From positions 1,408,001-1,472,000 of the forward strand of contig OY762940.1 in the NCBI GenBank assembly GCA_963667255.1: DNA of 64,000 bases, in the 5' to 3' direction. A program made the translations under genes and the position numbers. This document shows, piece by piece, positions 10,723-20,996 of this stretch (positions are counted from its first letter, which is position 1; each line of letters opens with the position of its first letter). The notes beneath the pieces are model-generated. The model saw nothing but the letters and a program-made list of their open reading frames with translations, did no database searches and was not told where the DNA came from. Origin of the DNA: Candidatus Cloacimonadota bacterium. Its GTDB lineage: Bacteria > Cloacimonadota > Cloacimonadia > G963667145.

Positions 10723-11733
10723 TCATAAACCGGAATCAAAATAGGTGTTCAATTTAGTCTGAATTTCTGTGCCGAGATACTCTCTTATCTTGTAATACGA
10801 AACTTGCTTTGCCCTCTCATAGCTGAGTGCACCGTCTCTGCTGACCTTGTCTATAGAAAATATCGTATTGCCGTTATCCGTGCGATTTATTTTAAGATTG
10901 ATTTCCCATTTGTAAAATTTGGTGGTTTTGCTCAAATCCACCTTCTCGAAACTCACTTTCCCTTTTACAGCAAGAAAAGGCTTAGCCGAACCGTTAAATC
11001 CCAAATTGGAGAAAATAGTCTCAGTGATTCCCTTGACCATATCGTTATTATCGCCTTCTATCTCAACACCATAAGTGATACTATTGCCTATCTCTCTGAC
11101 TTTGGCGGACATCTCGGCATACGAATGAATAACTACGCTGGTTTCCGCATCTTTCGGACTAATAATTCGCAATTGGTCAATCAAATCTCTATTCAACAAA
11201 GCAAAAGCCGCAGCACCTTTGTAATACCCAAATTTCAAAATTTTGTCTTCACTTTCCTCGGCTTTATCCAAAAAATATTCCAAATTATCTTCGTTAGCAG
11301 AAATTTTTTCTTCGTAAATCTTAGCAGTTTCGTGGCGGTCTATATACGCCAAAGTGTGAGTCACACCCTTGTCATCGACATATTTTTTCCCAAATTTGAT
11401 ATTTATAAGAGACTGAACGGAAGAAACTTGCACTGACTTTTCGCTTTTCGTGTCTTCAGTTTCTATCACTCCCTCAGCTTTTAATATTTCCGTATATTTC
11501 TGCACAGTGCTGCTACTGGTGGAGATATTAGAGCCGAATATCTGTGCCAAATTCCCATTGGCTACTCTTTTGGCATCTTCGTAAGTGTCTCCGCTACCGA
11601 GAGCCGACAGATATTTATCTTGCGAATAAACCTGATTTTTGTCCGCCATCCACAATGGTGGATTGTTGCTTGATGCTGCACAGCCTGCCAAATATAATAA
11701 AAACATCCCCAAAATAATTTTTAAACATTTCAT
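10723..11733 (-). CDS. LPP20-like lipoprotein
   Basis: Lipobox LAGC; PLW...YLSALGSG...AKRVA..NLA pattern. Confidence 0.65.
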   Translation of the reverse strand: MKCLKIILGMFLLYLAGCAASSNNPPLWMADKNQVYSQDKYLSALGSGDTYEDAKRVANGNLAQIFGSNISTSSSTVQKYTEILKAEGVIETEDTKSEKSVQVSSVQSLINIKFGKKYVDDKGVTHTLAYIDRHETAKIYEEKISANEDNLEYFLDKAEESEDKILKFGYYKGAAAFALLNRDLIDQLRIISPKDAETSVVIHSYAEMSAKVREIGNSITYGVEIEGDNNDMVKGITETIFSNLGFNGSAKPFLAVKGKVSFEKVDLSKTTKFYKWEINLKINRTDNGNTIFSIDKVSRDGALSYERAKQVSYYKIREYLGTEIQTKLNTYFDSGL

Positions 11734-11749
11734 AACTGAGAATCTCCTT

Positions 11750-13147
11750 TTATTCTAAACAATAAGATTGATAAAAGTTGGTCAAATCAAAACCAACTCG
11801 CTTTTTGCCCAAATCGTCCTGTTTGAGCAAATTATTATTTCTGTCATAATAATTGACCACCAAATCGTAAACACCCGGCTCAAGATAAATCTCGGAAATA
11901 TACCCCTTGGACGGCAAATATCTCGCCGCTCTCAAATCCGCATTTTCCGTAGCGTTCAGTCCGGCATCCAGTGCAAGTCCGCCCAAGAAAACAAGAATGT
12001 TGTCATTTCCCAGTTTTTCTTTAGCTTTTCTCTTCGCCAACTCTCCGGCAATTCCTTTGACAACGGCTCTTGTTATCGTCTTGATAACCAACCTCTTGTA
12101 GCCGAGTTCAAATACGGACTGCACCACTTTGTCAAAATCTTCCATCAATTGCAAATCTTGCCTGGCAATAACTCCGACAGAGTCCATAACCAACACCTCG
12201 ACTCTGTTCACATTGGACGATCTTGACTGCAAAATCGGCAATTGAAATTTGAAATTGTAACCACCTTGCAAACCAGGCCAAAAGAAATGTTCCAAATTGT
12301 TGAGGTTGGTGCTTCCTCCGGAGTTCGTCTGAGAAGTGCCGTAAAAAGCAATATTGGGCTGAGTGTGCACATACAAACTCTTTGCCACTTTTATCGGTCC
12401 CAAGCCGGCAAAACTCACCAAACTGAGAGCAACCTTGTCCTTCGGGGCGGTATAAGGTTGTTGCAAACTCGGAGCGTTAAAATCATAAATAGAGGTCTGC
12501 ACGGCAAACGCTTTCTCTATCTTGTCGTAATCGATATTCGCATCGTCCAGCTTGCCCAAAGACTCGTAAAGCTTCATACTGACAAATCTACCCAAAGCGT
12601 CGTTATAAAACTTATTGGTCGGAGAGTCTATCTTAACCTTGCTGTCTTTGCTCTTGTTGAAGGCGTTGTCCAACTTCCTGTTCTTCGCTTCCAAAACAGA
12701 CAATTTGTGATTGAGTCGGTTAATTTCGATAAAAGCATCGTCCACCATTCCCAATTTCAGATAATTAAAAGCCTTAATCAGATTGATGTAAATATCCTCG
12801 TAATCCTCTCCGCTATACTCAAGTGCGTTGTCGTTGAGCATATAGGATAGAGCAGCTTTGGAGACACTCTTGGTGTATAGTTCATCAATAGACCTTTCCG
12901 CTTTTTCCAAGGCTTCATTGCTCTCGGCATACTTTCCTGCGTAATGGTAAACCATCCCCAAATCCAAATAATAGAGAACCTTTTCTTTCTCATCATATCC
13001 GTCTCTGCTCTGGATATTTCTTATCGCCACATCATAGTTGCCAGACATCACACCCTTGTCCACGGGAGTATAATGCGAAAGATTGGTTGCAGCAGAACCG
13101 CAACCAATCAAAAAAATAAAACTAAAATAAATTAAAAATCTTACCAT
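11750..13147 (-). CDS. COG3014-like TPR lipoprotein
   Basis: Lipobox LIGC; LYYLDLG, SNEALE.AE, Y.GEDYE and ADLR...LP motifs. Confidence 0.75.
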   Translation of the reverse strand: MVRFLIYFSFIFLIGCGSAATNLSHYTPVDKGVMSGNYDVAIRNIQSRDGYDEKEKVLYYLDLGMVYHYAGKYAESNEALEKAERSIDELYTKSVSKAALSYMLNDNALEYSGEDYEDIYINLIKAFNYLKLGMVDDAFIEINRLNHKLSVLEAKNRKLDNAFNKSKDSKVKIDSPTNKFYNDALGRFVSMKLYESLGKLDDANIDYDKIEKAFAVQTSIYDFNAPSLQQPYTAPKDKVALSLVSFAGLGPIKVAKSLYVHTQPNIAFYGTSQTNSGGSTNLNNLEHFFWPGLQGGYNFKFQLPILQSRSSNVNRVEVLVMDSVGVIARQDLQLMEDFDKVVQSVFELGYKRLVIKTITRAVVKGIAGELAKRKAKEKLGNDNILVFLGGLALDAGLNATENADLRAARYLPSKGYISEIYLEPGVYDLVVNYYDRNNNLLKQDDLGKKRVGFDLTNFYQSYCLE

Positions 13148-13740
13148 TTATGAGAATTTTTGCCGATAAGTTTTTTGATTTTTTTGTCTCCGACCCAAGC
13201 AATCTCATTTGTTTCCACATTAATAAGTTGCAAATCTATTTGGTAAAATTTAGCTTCTTTGCCTTCATACTCGTCCAAAATAACGCTGATATCTCCGGTT
13301 AACATAAAATCTGCACCCGTTTCGGCAGCAAGTCTTTTGGCGGTCTCCATAGATGCATGCTCTTGTTGTTGCATCCTCTCGTCTCTCACCTGACCACGCT
13401 CGGAAGAGCTTGCCACAAATTTAACCTTACCAGAATTAATCAAAGATTTTTGAATATCCTTAACAAAGGTCATGGTGTTGATATGCTCGGTAGAATTTTT
13501 CAAGCCAACCACTCCAACGATTACCACAGGCTTGTTTCCGCTATTTGCAGATTTGTATTCCTCAAGCCATGGAGCAGACAAACTTTGCTCGACCATAGAT
13601 TCGGCAGTAAGTTTGGAATCGGTATCATTCCAATAACCGCTCAAATCGGTTTGCTTATCCGCAGAAACTCTGGAAACCTCACGAGAAGCACAACCAAACA
13701 TCAAAATCAAACCCAAAATTAAAATATAACTTTTCTTCAT
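13141..13740 (-). CDS. LpoB-like penicillin-binding protein activator lipoprotein
   Basis: Lipobox MFGC; DLSG.WNDTD, KNSTEHI, GADFMLTG, YQIDLQL; start moved to MKKS after GGAG. Confidence 0.75.
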   Translation of the reverse strand: MKKSYILILGLILMFGCASREVSRVSADKQTDLSGYWNDTDSKLTAESMVEQSLSAPWLEEYKSANSGNKPVVIVGVVGLKNSTEHINTMTFVKDIQKSLINSGKVKFVASSSERGQVRDERMQQQEHASMETAKRLAAETGADFMLTGDISVILDEYEGKEAKFYQIDLQLINVETNEIAWVGDKKIKKLIGKNSHKW

Positions 13741-13831
13741 TTTTTCTCTCCTTAAATAATTACAATCGTCACTTTGCACATTTATTTTACCAAGATATAT
13801 GTCAATTTTTTTTCATCAACAAAATTTTGCC

Positions 13832-14881
13832 TTATTCATAGATAATAAACTCCGATAATATCTCATCCGACACAAAATACGCTTCAGTCTTGAGCGACAC
13901 TCGCTCCCTTGAAATCGAAAAAAACTCTCTATATTTTTCTAAAATGCCAGAATACTTTTCCCCAAAATCAGCACAAAATTTTTCTCCGAAAACTTTTGTG
14001 TCCAGTCCCTCTGTCAGTCTCAAATTCAAAAAAATAAATTCCGCCTCTTCTTTCTCCGTAGTTATCTCTTCGTCCCCACCAAATCCATCTGTTCGTATCA
14101 GCTTACCATTCTTGCGATAACAACTGCACGCTCCGTATCCGATTCCCAAATAAGATTTTCCGTGCCAATAAGCGAGATTGTGTTGAGATTCGTGCTCGGG
14201 TAAACAAAAGTTCGACAGCTCATAATGCTGGTATCCTGTTTTCAGGAGAGTTTCTCGGATTTCCAGATAAAAATTTTCCAACTCCTCATCACAGGGAATA
14301 AAATTTTTTTGAGTATAAAGAGGAACATTTTTGTCCAACGAAAGCAAATAGGTAGAAATATGCTCCGGTCTCAACTCCACCATTTTGCTTAGAGAAATAA
14401 GCAAATCGTCCAATTTTTGATTTGGCAATCCATAAATTAAATCACAGGAAATATTATCGAAACCAGCTTCTCGGAGGAAAGCAAAAGATTGGAAATTTTG
14501 CTCCAAAGTCGCTCTGCGACCCAACAGCTTCAATTCACTTTCCAAAAAAGATTGTATCCCCAAGCTAACACGATTGAAACCGATTTCTCTCAACTCTTTC
14601 GCATAGTTGAGGCTTACATCAGCGGGGTTGCACTCGATTGTCAACTCCAAGACATTACTCAAGTCCAACAAATCCAATATCTTGGATAACTGAGCAGAAC
14701 TCAATAGCGAAGGAGTTCCTCCTCCGAAGTAAACAGTTTTTGGAGAAAAATCGGGAAATTGTGACAATTCCCTTTTCGCTAATTCGAGATATTGCTCAAA
14801 ATCAAAATCTTGCTTTGAATAAAAGCTACAATAGTTACACTTCTTCAGACACCACGGAATGTGAAAATACAGATGTTCCAA
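13832..14881 (-). CDS. hemW: Radical SAM heme chaperone HemW
   Basis: LYFHIPWC.KKCNYCSF, YFGGGTPS, YELSNF, HNLAYW. Confidence 0.9.
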   Translation of the reverse strand: MEHLYFHIPWCLKKCNYCSFYSKQDFDFEQYLELAKRELSQFPDFSPKTVYFGGGTPSLLSSAQLSKILDLLDLSNVLELTIECNPADVSLNYAKELREIGFNRVSLGIQSFLESELKLLGRRATLEQNFQSFAFLREAGFDNISCDLIYGLPNQKLDDLLISLSKMVELRPEHISTYLLSLDKNVPLYTQKNFIPCDEELENFYLEIRETLLKTGYQHYELSNFCLPEHESQHNLAYWHGKSYLGIGYGACSCYRKNGKLIRTDGFGGDEEITTEKEEAEFIFLNLRLTEGLDTKVFGEKFCADFGEKYSGILEKYREFFSISRERVSLKTEAYFVSDEILSEFIIYE

Positions 14882-14883
14882 CT

Positions 14884-15261
14884 TCAGACAAACTTCAACC
14901 CCAATTGAAGTCCCAACCAGATGGCTACTATCCCCAAAACAAAATGCAAAGCTAAATAAAGCAATCCGGCGAAAAAATCGCCCTTTTCCAAGAGAGCGAA
15001 CGCCTCAAACATATAACTGGAATAAGTGGACAATCCGCCCAGAAACCCCACAAAAACAAATCTTCTCAAATTTTCCGAGAACCATCCGCAGTTCTCCGCC
15101 ATAGGGAAAAGCAAGCCGAAGAAAAAGCATGCCAAAACATTGGTAACCATAGTCGGATATGGCACTCTGGCTTGCTCAAACAGCCCCGTGAGAAACTCTC
15201 CGTTCAAGAAGCGAAAACACGCCCCGACAAATCCACCCAACCCTATATAGAGCAGGCTCAT
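14884..15261 (-). CDS. crcB: Fluoride channel Fluc/CrcB
   Basis: GGFVGACFRF, PT..TN and GFLGGLSTYSSY motifs. Confidence 0.9.
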   Translation of the reverse strand: MSLLYIGLGGFVGACFRFLNGEFLTGLFEQARVPYPTMVTNVLACFFFGLLFPMAENCGWFSENLRRFVFVGFLGGLSTYSSYMFEAFALLEKGDFFAGLLYLALHFVLGIVAIWLGLQLGLKFV

Positions 15262-16253
15262 CTGACTATAAATCCCATAGCTCGTCGCAATTTATCCAAA
15301 TTATTTTGAGCAATAGGTTTTACCTTTTCCGCACCTGCAAACAAAATCCTGTCCAATTTGTCTCTGTCGTCCACGATTTGATTATAAATCTCTCTTTTAT
15401 CAGCTACCTCTTTATCGATAGCTTCAAACAATATCTGCTTGGCATCGCCCCAACCCATGCCACCTGCTCTGTATAAGTCCGCCAACTTCTTTTGCTCTTC
15501 CTCTGTCGAGAAACATTTATACAAAGCGAAAACATTGCATGTATCAGGGTCTTTCGGCTCTTCTACGGCTTGAGAATTGGTTTTGATTTTCATTATCATT
15601 TTCCGCAAATCTTTGCTTGATAAAAATAGCGGAATGGTATTGCCGTAAGATTTACTCATCTTCCGTCCGTCCAAACCGACAACCTGCTTATCCTTCGTAA
15701 ACTCGCCTTTCGGAACAACAAGCAACTCCTCTCCATAAGTATGATTGATAACTCTGGCAGCCTCTGCACACATCTCCACATGCTGTTTTTGGTCTTTGCC
15801 TACGGGAACAATATGAGGATTGAAAAGCAAAATATCCGCTGCCATCAAAACGGGATAAGTGAACAGCCCCATATTAATATCATCGTCGGCAGGCTTGCCC
15901 GCTTCCAGATTATTAGCGACTTTATCCTTATAAGAATGAGCCCTATTCAACAAACCTTTGGGCATAAAAGCTCCCAAAATAGTCGCAAGTTCAAAGACCT
16001 GAGGCACATCGGATTGACGATAAAAATGTATTTTCTCGGGGTCCAATCCACACGCAAGCCAAGTCGCAGCGATTTTGTAAGTGCTGTCCTTCCGCACTTC
16101 CGGATCTTTTATCGTATTCAGCGAGTGATAATCCGCCATAAAATAGTAAGACTCAAACTTTTTAGAATGCTCCAAAGCCGGTTTGATGGCTCCCAAATAG
16201 TTCCCCAAATGAGGAATCCCGCTGGTTTGTATCCCCGTTAATGACCTTTTCAT
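15258..16253 (-). CDS. trpS: Tryptophanyl-tRNA synthetase
   Basis: HLGN, YPVLMAADIL, VPVGKDQ.QH, KMSKS. Confidence 0.97.
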   Translation of the reverse strand: MKRSLTGIQTSGIPHLGNYLGAIKPALEHSKKFESYYFMADYHSLNTIKDPEVRKDSTYKIAATWLACGLDPEKIHFYRQSDVPQVFELATILGAFMPKGLLNRAHSYKDKVANNLEAGKPADDDINMGLFTYPVLMAADILLFNPHIVPVGKDQKQHVEMCAEAARVINHTYGEELLVVPKGEFTKDKQVVGLDGRKMSKSYGNTIPLFLSSKDLRKMIMKIKTNSQAVEEPKDPDTCNVFALYKCFSTEEEQKKLADLYRAGGMGWGDAKQILFEAIDKEVADKREIYNQIVDDRDKLDRILFAGAEKVKPIAQNNLDKLRRAMGFIVR

Positions 16254-16298
16254 AAAAACCCCTAATCTCAATTTATCTAAATTATTTTTTATTCTAAC

Positions 16299-17534
16299 TC
16301 AATAAGAACTCAGTATGTTATCCAAAAAACTATCTCGCTTGGCTTCCACCTCTTCGTATGGAGCGTTGTCCACGAATGAAAACAAAAACAAACGATTTTC
16401 ACCATTCATATACAATCCCGACAACGCACTAACATTATACAGCGACCCGCTCTTCGCCTTAACCTTCATTCCATTACCAAAACTTTTTAGCGTTCCCTCT
16501 TTGCCCAAATCCGGCAAACCCGCAAAAAAATCCAATCGCAAAAAAGGCTTACTCCAAGCATATTTCAACAAATTCAAAATCGTTTTTGCTGACAAGTAAT
16601 TTTTGCCAAGCCCGCTACAACTCTCCAGTTGCACCTCTTCTCCCAAATTTTCCTCGATAAAATCTTGGATAACCCTATTACCCATCTTGGAATTTTAGTA
16701 TTTCAGCTTGCCCAAGTAACAGCCGATGGACTCGGCAATAAAGTTGGAAGAATACACATTCATCAGTCGCAAAACCTCTTTCAGAGGCATGGAACGATGC
16801 ACAAAAACTTTCCCCTTAGCAAAGATTTTGTCGTCCAAATTTCGCCGTAACAATTTCGGCATTTCCTGCAAATCCAAATAATAATACATCATATAAAAAA
16901 AATGGCTCGTCGGATTGTAAACCCTCTTGTAAACCGTTTTCCTAAACCTCGAAGTAAAATTTGCCTCTATCAAAAGCCTATCTTTATAAGGCTTCGTTCC
17001 AATTAACCCCGACTCCATTTTGTCGTTGTTTCTGAGCAAAAAATATTCCCCGGGAGTTTTCACTTTGAGCTGACCGTTCACAAAATCCAATTGATAGGTG
17101 TTGTAATTCAGAGCCAAAGCACTCATAGGTGCATAATACGCCCTATCGCTCACAGCTCGTGGCAAATCTTCATACCCATTGGGGAAATAGAGCATGTCAT
17201 CAATTACCACAAATTTGATATTCCCAGCACCCAAATCTTTCAATTTCAAACAAATGATGTAGAGCTTCTCCATCACTAGAGTCGGGTCTCCGCCTGCTTT
17301 CACAAAAAGAGTGTCTCCATCAATTTTAAACTGTGTGGCAAACTTGAAATCGGAGCCCAATTCCTGCAAAGCAACCACGGAAGTAAACAGTTTCAAATTT
17401 GAAGCGATGTTTAATTCCGCATTCTGCCCTTGCTCTGCCACAACCGAGTCGGCAAGAATATCATAAACGATGTAACCGGATTTTGCAAACAAGCAGGAAC
17501 AGAAAAAAATCAGAACAAAAACAACTTTCTTCAC
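16299..17534 (-). pseudogene. dacB: D-Ala-D-Ala carboxypeptidase/endopeptidase (PBP4, peptidase S13) split by one in-frame TAA
   Basis: ASNLK (SxxK) and SSN in the upstream ORF, KSG in the downstream ORF; both in the same frame, joined by TAA-AAT-TCC-AAG-ATG. Confidence 0.75.
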
Positions 17535-18553
17535 ACTAAGCCCTGCACGGCTTCAAAATCAAATTTGTATTCTATCCGCAAACTAACCAACTTTCTTTTT
17601 AGCTCTTCACAATCTTCCAATTTCATCAAATCTTTGTCCGTTACTATAATATAATCCGCATTTTTCAAATATTTCCACGGCAATTTTTTCAAATTATTAT
17701 GGTCGGGAAATCTAAAATTTCTCTCCAATTCTATCCCAAAATTTTCCACACTCCTCTCAAAAGAGTTGGGATCAGCTATGGCAGACAAAGAACAGCAAAC
17801 CGAATTTTTTAATCTCTCGACTGCAACCTCTTGTCCTTCAACATCAAAAAATCCTCTCGCCTCTATCTTACCCTTTCTCAACTGTTTACCATACCGAGTA
17901 GCCAAACTCTCCACCTGCTCATTATCCCCATCAAGCACTATGCAATCAGCATCCTCAAGAGCTGGAGAATTTTCTCGCAAATATCCTGCTGGCAAACACC
18001 AACCGTTGCCCAAACCGACTTTAGATTTGAACAACACAAAATCGAAATCGTGAGCAACTTTGAAATTTTGGAAAGAGTCCTCCAAAATAATAAAATCCAA
18101 GTCAGAATAAATTTGCAAAAGCGACTTCACAGCCAACAATCTGTCTTTTCCCACGATGACGGGTATGCTTGGCAACCGTTTCGCCAATAGTTTCGGCTCG
18201 TCTCCCGCACTAAAGCTCTGAGATAATAACTTACGCCTGTCACTGATGAGCGTAATGGTATTTTCCAACTCACTCTTGTAGCCACGCACAGAAATCGCTA
18301 TTTTATACCCTTTTGACTGAAGAAATTTTGCCAAAGAAATATCGAAAGGAGTCTTGCCTGACCCACCACAAACTATGTTCCCCACTCCGATTATTTTCAC
18401 ATTTTTAGGCTTCCAAGGAGAAGATTTTTTCCTTCGCCTGTCTGCCACAAATCCAAACACCAAAGATATTGGAAACAAAATATAAGAAACGAAAGATTTT
18501 TTGAGAAGCCAACTATACATGTGAAACACCGTCCAATAAATTGTAACTTTCAA
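17531..18553 (-). CDS. lpxK: Tetraacyldisaccharide 4'-kinase
   Basis: VGNIVCGGSGKTP, SVRGY, GDEP, LPAG.LRE, FPDH. Confidence 0.92.
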   Translation of the reverse strand: MKVTIYWTVFHMYSWLLKKSFVSYILFPISLVFGFVADRRRKKSSPWKPKNVKIIGVGNIVCGGSGKTPFDISLAKFLQSKGYKIAISVRGYKSELENTITLISDRRKLLSQSFSAGDEPKLLAKRLPSIPVIVGKDRLLAVKSLLQIYSDLDFIILEDSFQNFKVAHDFDFVLFKSKVGLGNGWCLPAGYLRENSPALEDADCIVLDGDNEQVESLATRYGKQLRKGKIEARGFFDVEGQEVAVERLKNSVCCSLSAIADPNSFERSVENFGIELERNFRFPDHNNLKKLPWKYLKNADYIIVTDKDLMKLEDCEELKRKLVSLRIEYKFDFEAVQGLV

Positions 18554-19517
18554 AATTCTCTTTAAAAAAATTTATCGCATACGCCATATCTTCGGGCAAA
18601 TCTGCCGTAAATTCCAATTTTTCTCGAGTTATAGGATGAACAAAAGAGAGTGTGGAGGAGTGCAACGCCATCCTCTGCAAACGATTTTTGAACAAGTTCC
18701 CCATCTTTTTCCCATAAGACGGCGGAACTCTGAGAATTGCACTCTTGTTATTCCCATAAACTTCGTCCGCCAAAATCGGATGCCCGAGATGAGCCAAATG
18801 AACTCGAATCTGATGAGTCCTGCCAGTCAAGATTTTGACCTTGACCAGCGAAAAAAAATCGTAACTTTCCAGAGTTGTATATTCGGAAATCGCCAACTTC
18901 CCCTGTGAATAAACACCCATTTTGCGAAAGTCTTTTTTACTGCGAGCGATAAAATTTTCTATTCTCCCACTGCGTGGCTCTACATTACCTAAAACCAATG
19001 CCAAATATTGCTTATCAATCTTTCTCTCGGAAAACATTTTGACCAACTCAAGTGCCGTTTTATCGTTCTTGGCTATCAACATCAATCCTGAAGTATCTTG
19101 GTCTAACCGATGAACAATCCCTGGTCTGACCGTGTCCATATTCGCCAAATCCTCGCCGAACCGCTCCAACAATCCTCCGACCAAAGTTCCGTGAAATTGC
19201 CCATTTCCCGGATGAACACAAAGTCCGGCAGGCTTATCTACCACAGCGAGATAATCGTCTTCGTAAACAACACCGAAATCAATTTTTTCCGAAATTAGCT
19301 TATTTTCACTTGGTGCTTCTTCTTCCTTCGCCACTTCCACCAAATCGCCCTTGCACAACTTGAAACTCTTCTTCTGTTGCTCCTCTCCGTTTACCCTAAC
19401 CAAACCAGCATTTATTACTTTTTCAGCCTTAGCTCGGGAAACAAAATTCCCTTGCAAAAATTTATCCAGTCGCAAACCATCTTCATCGGTAACCTCAAAA
19501 ATCTGTTTACTGCTCAC
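18513..19517 (-). CDS. rluD: RluA-family pseudouridine synthase with S4 domain
   Basis: RLDKFL, KPAGL.VHP, HRLDQDTSG, TGRTHQIRVH; GTG start inferred. Confidence 0.9.
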   Translation of the reverse strand: MSSKQIFEVTDEDGLRLDKFLQGNFVSRAKAEKVINAGLVRVNGEEQQKKSFKLCKGDLVEVAKEEEAPSENKLISEKIDFGVVYEDDYLAVVDKPAGLCVHPGNGQFHGTLVGGLLERFGEDLANMDTVRPGIVHRLDQDTSGLMLIAKNDKTALELVKMFSERKIDKQYLALVLGNVEPRSGRIENFIARSKKDFRKMGVYSQGKLAISEYTTLESYDFFSLVKVKILTGRTHQIRVHLAHLGHPILADEVYGNNKSAILRVPPSYGKKMGNLFKNRLQRMALHSSTLSFVHPITREKLEFTADLPEDMAYAINFFKENFESYNLLDGVSHV

Positions 19518-20256
19518 CCTTCTTCTCTTTCTTCTTTGCACTGTTTTTCACACTGATGGCAATCACATAGCCAATAATTTCCAAAGTCTGACTCCGCACC
19601 ACTGCACTTTTCAGCCCGAAATGCAACTCCAATTTTTTCATATTATAGAAAATCGGCTCAACAGCATCTTTTTCCTCAATAACGCTCGTCACATACTCTT
19701 TCAACTTTTGTGAGCCCGGACTCAAATTGGCATTAATCAAATTAGTCCCTTCCTCTATCTCTGGGAAATAATCTCTGATTTGATGAGACAAACTCGCCAC
19801 AATACCTTGAGCATTTACCACCAAAAAAGCGTCGGAAGCTATACTATACAAGGCATCAAATCTTGATTTTTGCTCCAAAACCTTACCTCGTTTCAGCTCG
19901 TCAAACTCCTTCAGCTCATTATACATAATTCGGAGATTTTCGTAAACACCGGTAATTTCCTTCTCTGCATCAGGCACGACGATTTCCGAATTAAATTTCC
20001 CGATAGCAATATCTTTGATAATTCTGGAAATTCCCGATAGCATCCTCGTCAAAAATTTGGGAACAAACAAAAACAAAGTCACTCCCAAACCAAATTGCAA
20101 AATTACCAAAATCATAAGATTGTTAATAAAAGCGTTCTTAATGTGAGCATCTGCGATAGAGTAGGCATCTGTAAAACGCAGTGTATAAACAAATTGAGCA
20201 ATTGCAAATATCACGAAAAAAATCACAAACACTCTCAAGGTCAATTTTAACTTCAT
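19507..20256 (-). CDS. Membrane protein with 2 TM, HAMP and PAS-like domains, no kinase core
   Basis: Two hydrophobic segments, HAMP-like IAIGKFN...EKEITGVYENL, PAS-like DAFLVVNAQG. Confidence 0.6.
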   Translation of the reverse strand: MKLKLTLRVFVIFFVIFAIAQFVYTLRFTDAYSIADAHIKNAFINNLMILVILQFGLGVTLFLFVPKFLTRMLSGISRIIKDIAIGKFNSEIVVPDAEKEITGVYENLRIMYNELKEFDELKRGKVLEQKSRFDALYSIASDAFLVVNAQGIVASLSHQIRDYFPEIEEGTNLINANLSPGSQKLKEYVTSVIEEKDAVEPIFYNMKKLELHFGLKSAVVRSQTLEIIGYVIAISVKNSAKKKEKKGEQ

Positions 20257-20259
20257 CTA

Positions 20260-20964
20260 TCAGCTCCTTTTGAATTTCGCCATAAATTGATCGACATTTT
20301 CCTGTAGCCCAATCAACAAAAACGAATCTCCGTCGGACAAAATGTCGTTAGCTTTCGGTCGGTCGTTCATCACATAATGAATTTGATTGGTTCCGTATTC
20401 ATCCACAAATTTTTTCCGCCTCTTTATCGCTATAACATTCAGACCGTATTTTGCCAAAATTTCCGCCTCGGACAGAGATTTGCCAAAAAATTGCTCGGGA
20501 ATCTCTATCTCTATCAATGAGTGTGTCTTAGAAATTTCTGTATAGCCCAAAATATTGTTGTGCAAAATCGTTCTCGCCAACTCAACTCCCACTTTCTCCT
20601 CGGGGAAAATCACATTGGACACGCCCATTTTATCCAAAATATCTTTATGGATTTGGTCTTTTACCTTGCTGAAAACAACGGGAATCTTAAGCTTTTTCAA
20701 CAACATATTGATTGTAATATTCACTTCAATGTTGTTGCAGGTCGCCACAATCACGGCATCCATATCGTGCAATCCGAGTTGATTAAGCACATTCTCATCC
20801 GTAGCATCCGCATTCACGGCAGAGCCGACCAATCCCAACGCTTGCAATTTATCGGTCAACTTTTTATCTATGTCCACAGCCCACACTTCTGCTCCGGCTT
20901 CAAACAACTCCGAAGCAACCGTAATCCCAAATTTGCCCAAACCCAATACTGCATATTTACTCAT
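20260..20964 (-). CDS. ktrA: KtrA/TrkA potassium uptake regulatory subunit
   Basis: AVLGLGKFG, DATDE..L, IFPE motifs; RCK_C domain. Confidence 0.9.
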   Translation of the reverse strand: MSKYAVLGLGKFGITVASELFEAGAEVWAVDIDKKLTDKLQALGLVGSAVNADATDENVLNQLGLHDMDAVIVATCNNIEVNITINMLLKKLKIPVVFSKVKDQIHKDILDKMGVSNVIFPEEKVGVELARTILHNNILGYTEISKTHSLIEIEIPEQFFGKSLSEAEILAKYGLNVIAIKRRKKFVDEYGTNQIHYVMNDRPKANDILSDGDSFLLIGLQENVDQFMAKFKRS

Positions 20965-20996
20965 AATCTATTCAACTCCTTTCCCCCGAAAATACA

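Noticed and set aside
15262..16298. Fluoride riboswitch for crcB or T-box for trpS
   Set aside because: crcB overlaps the trpS stop, and trpS has under 50 bp of upstream intergenic space.
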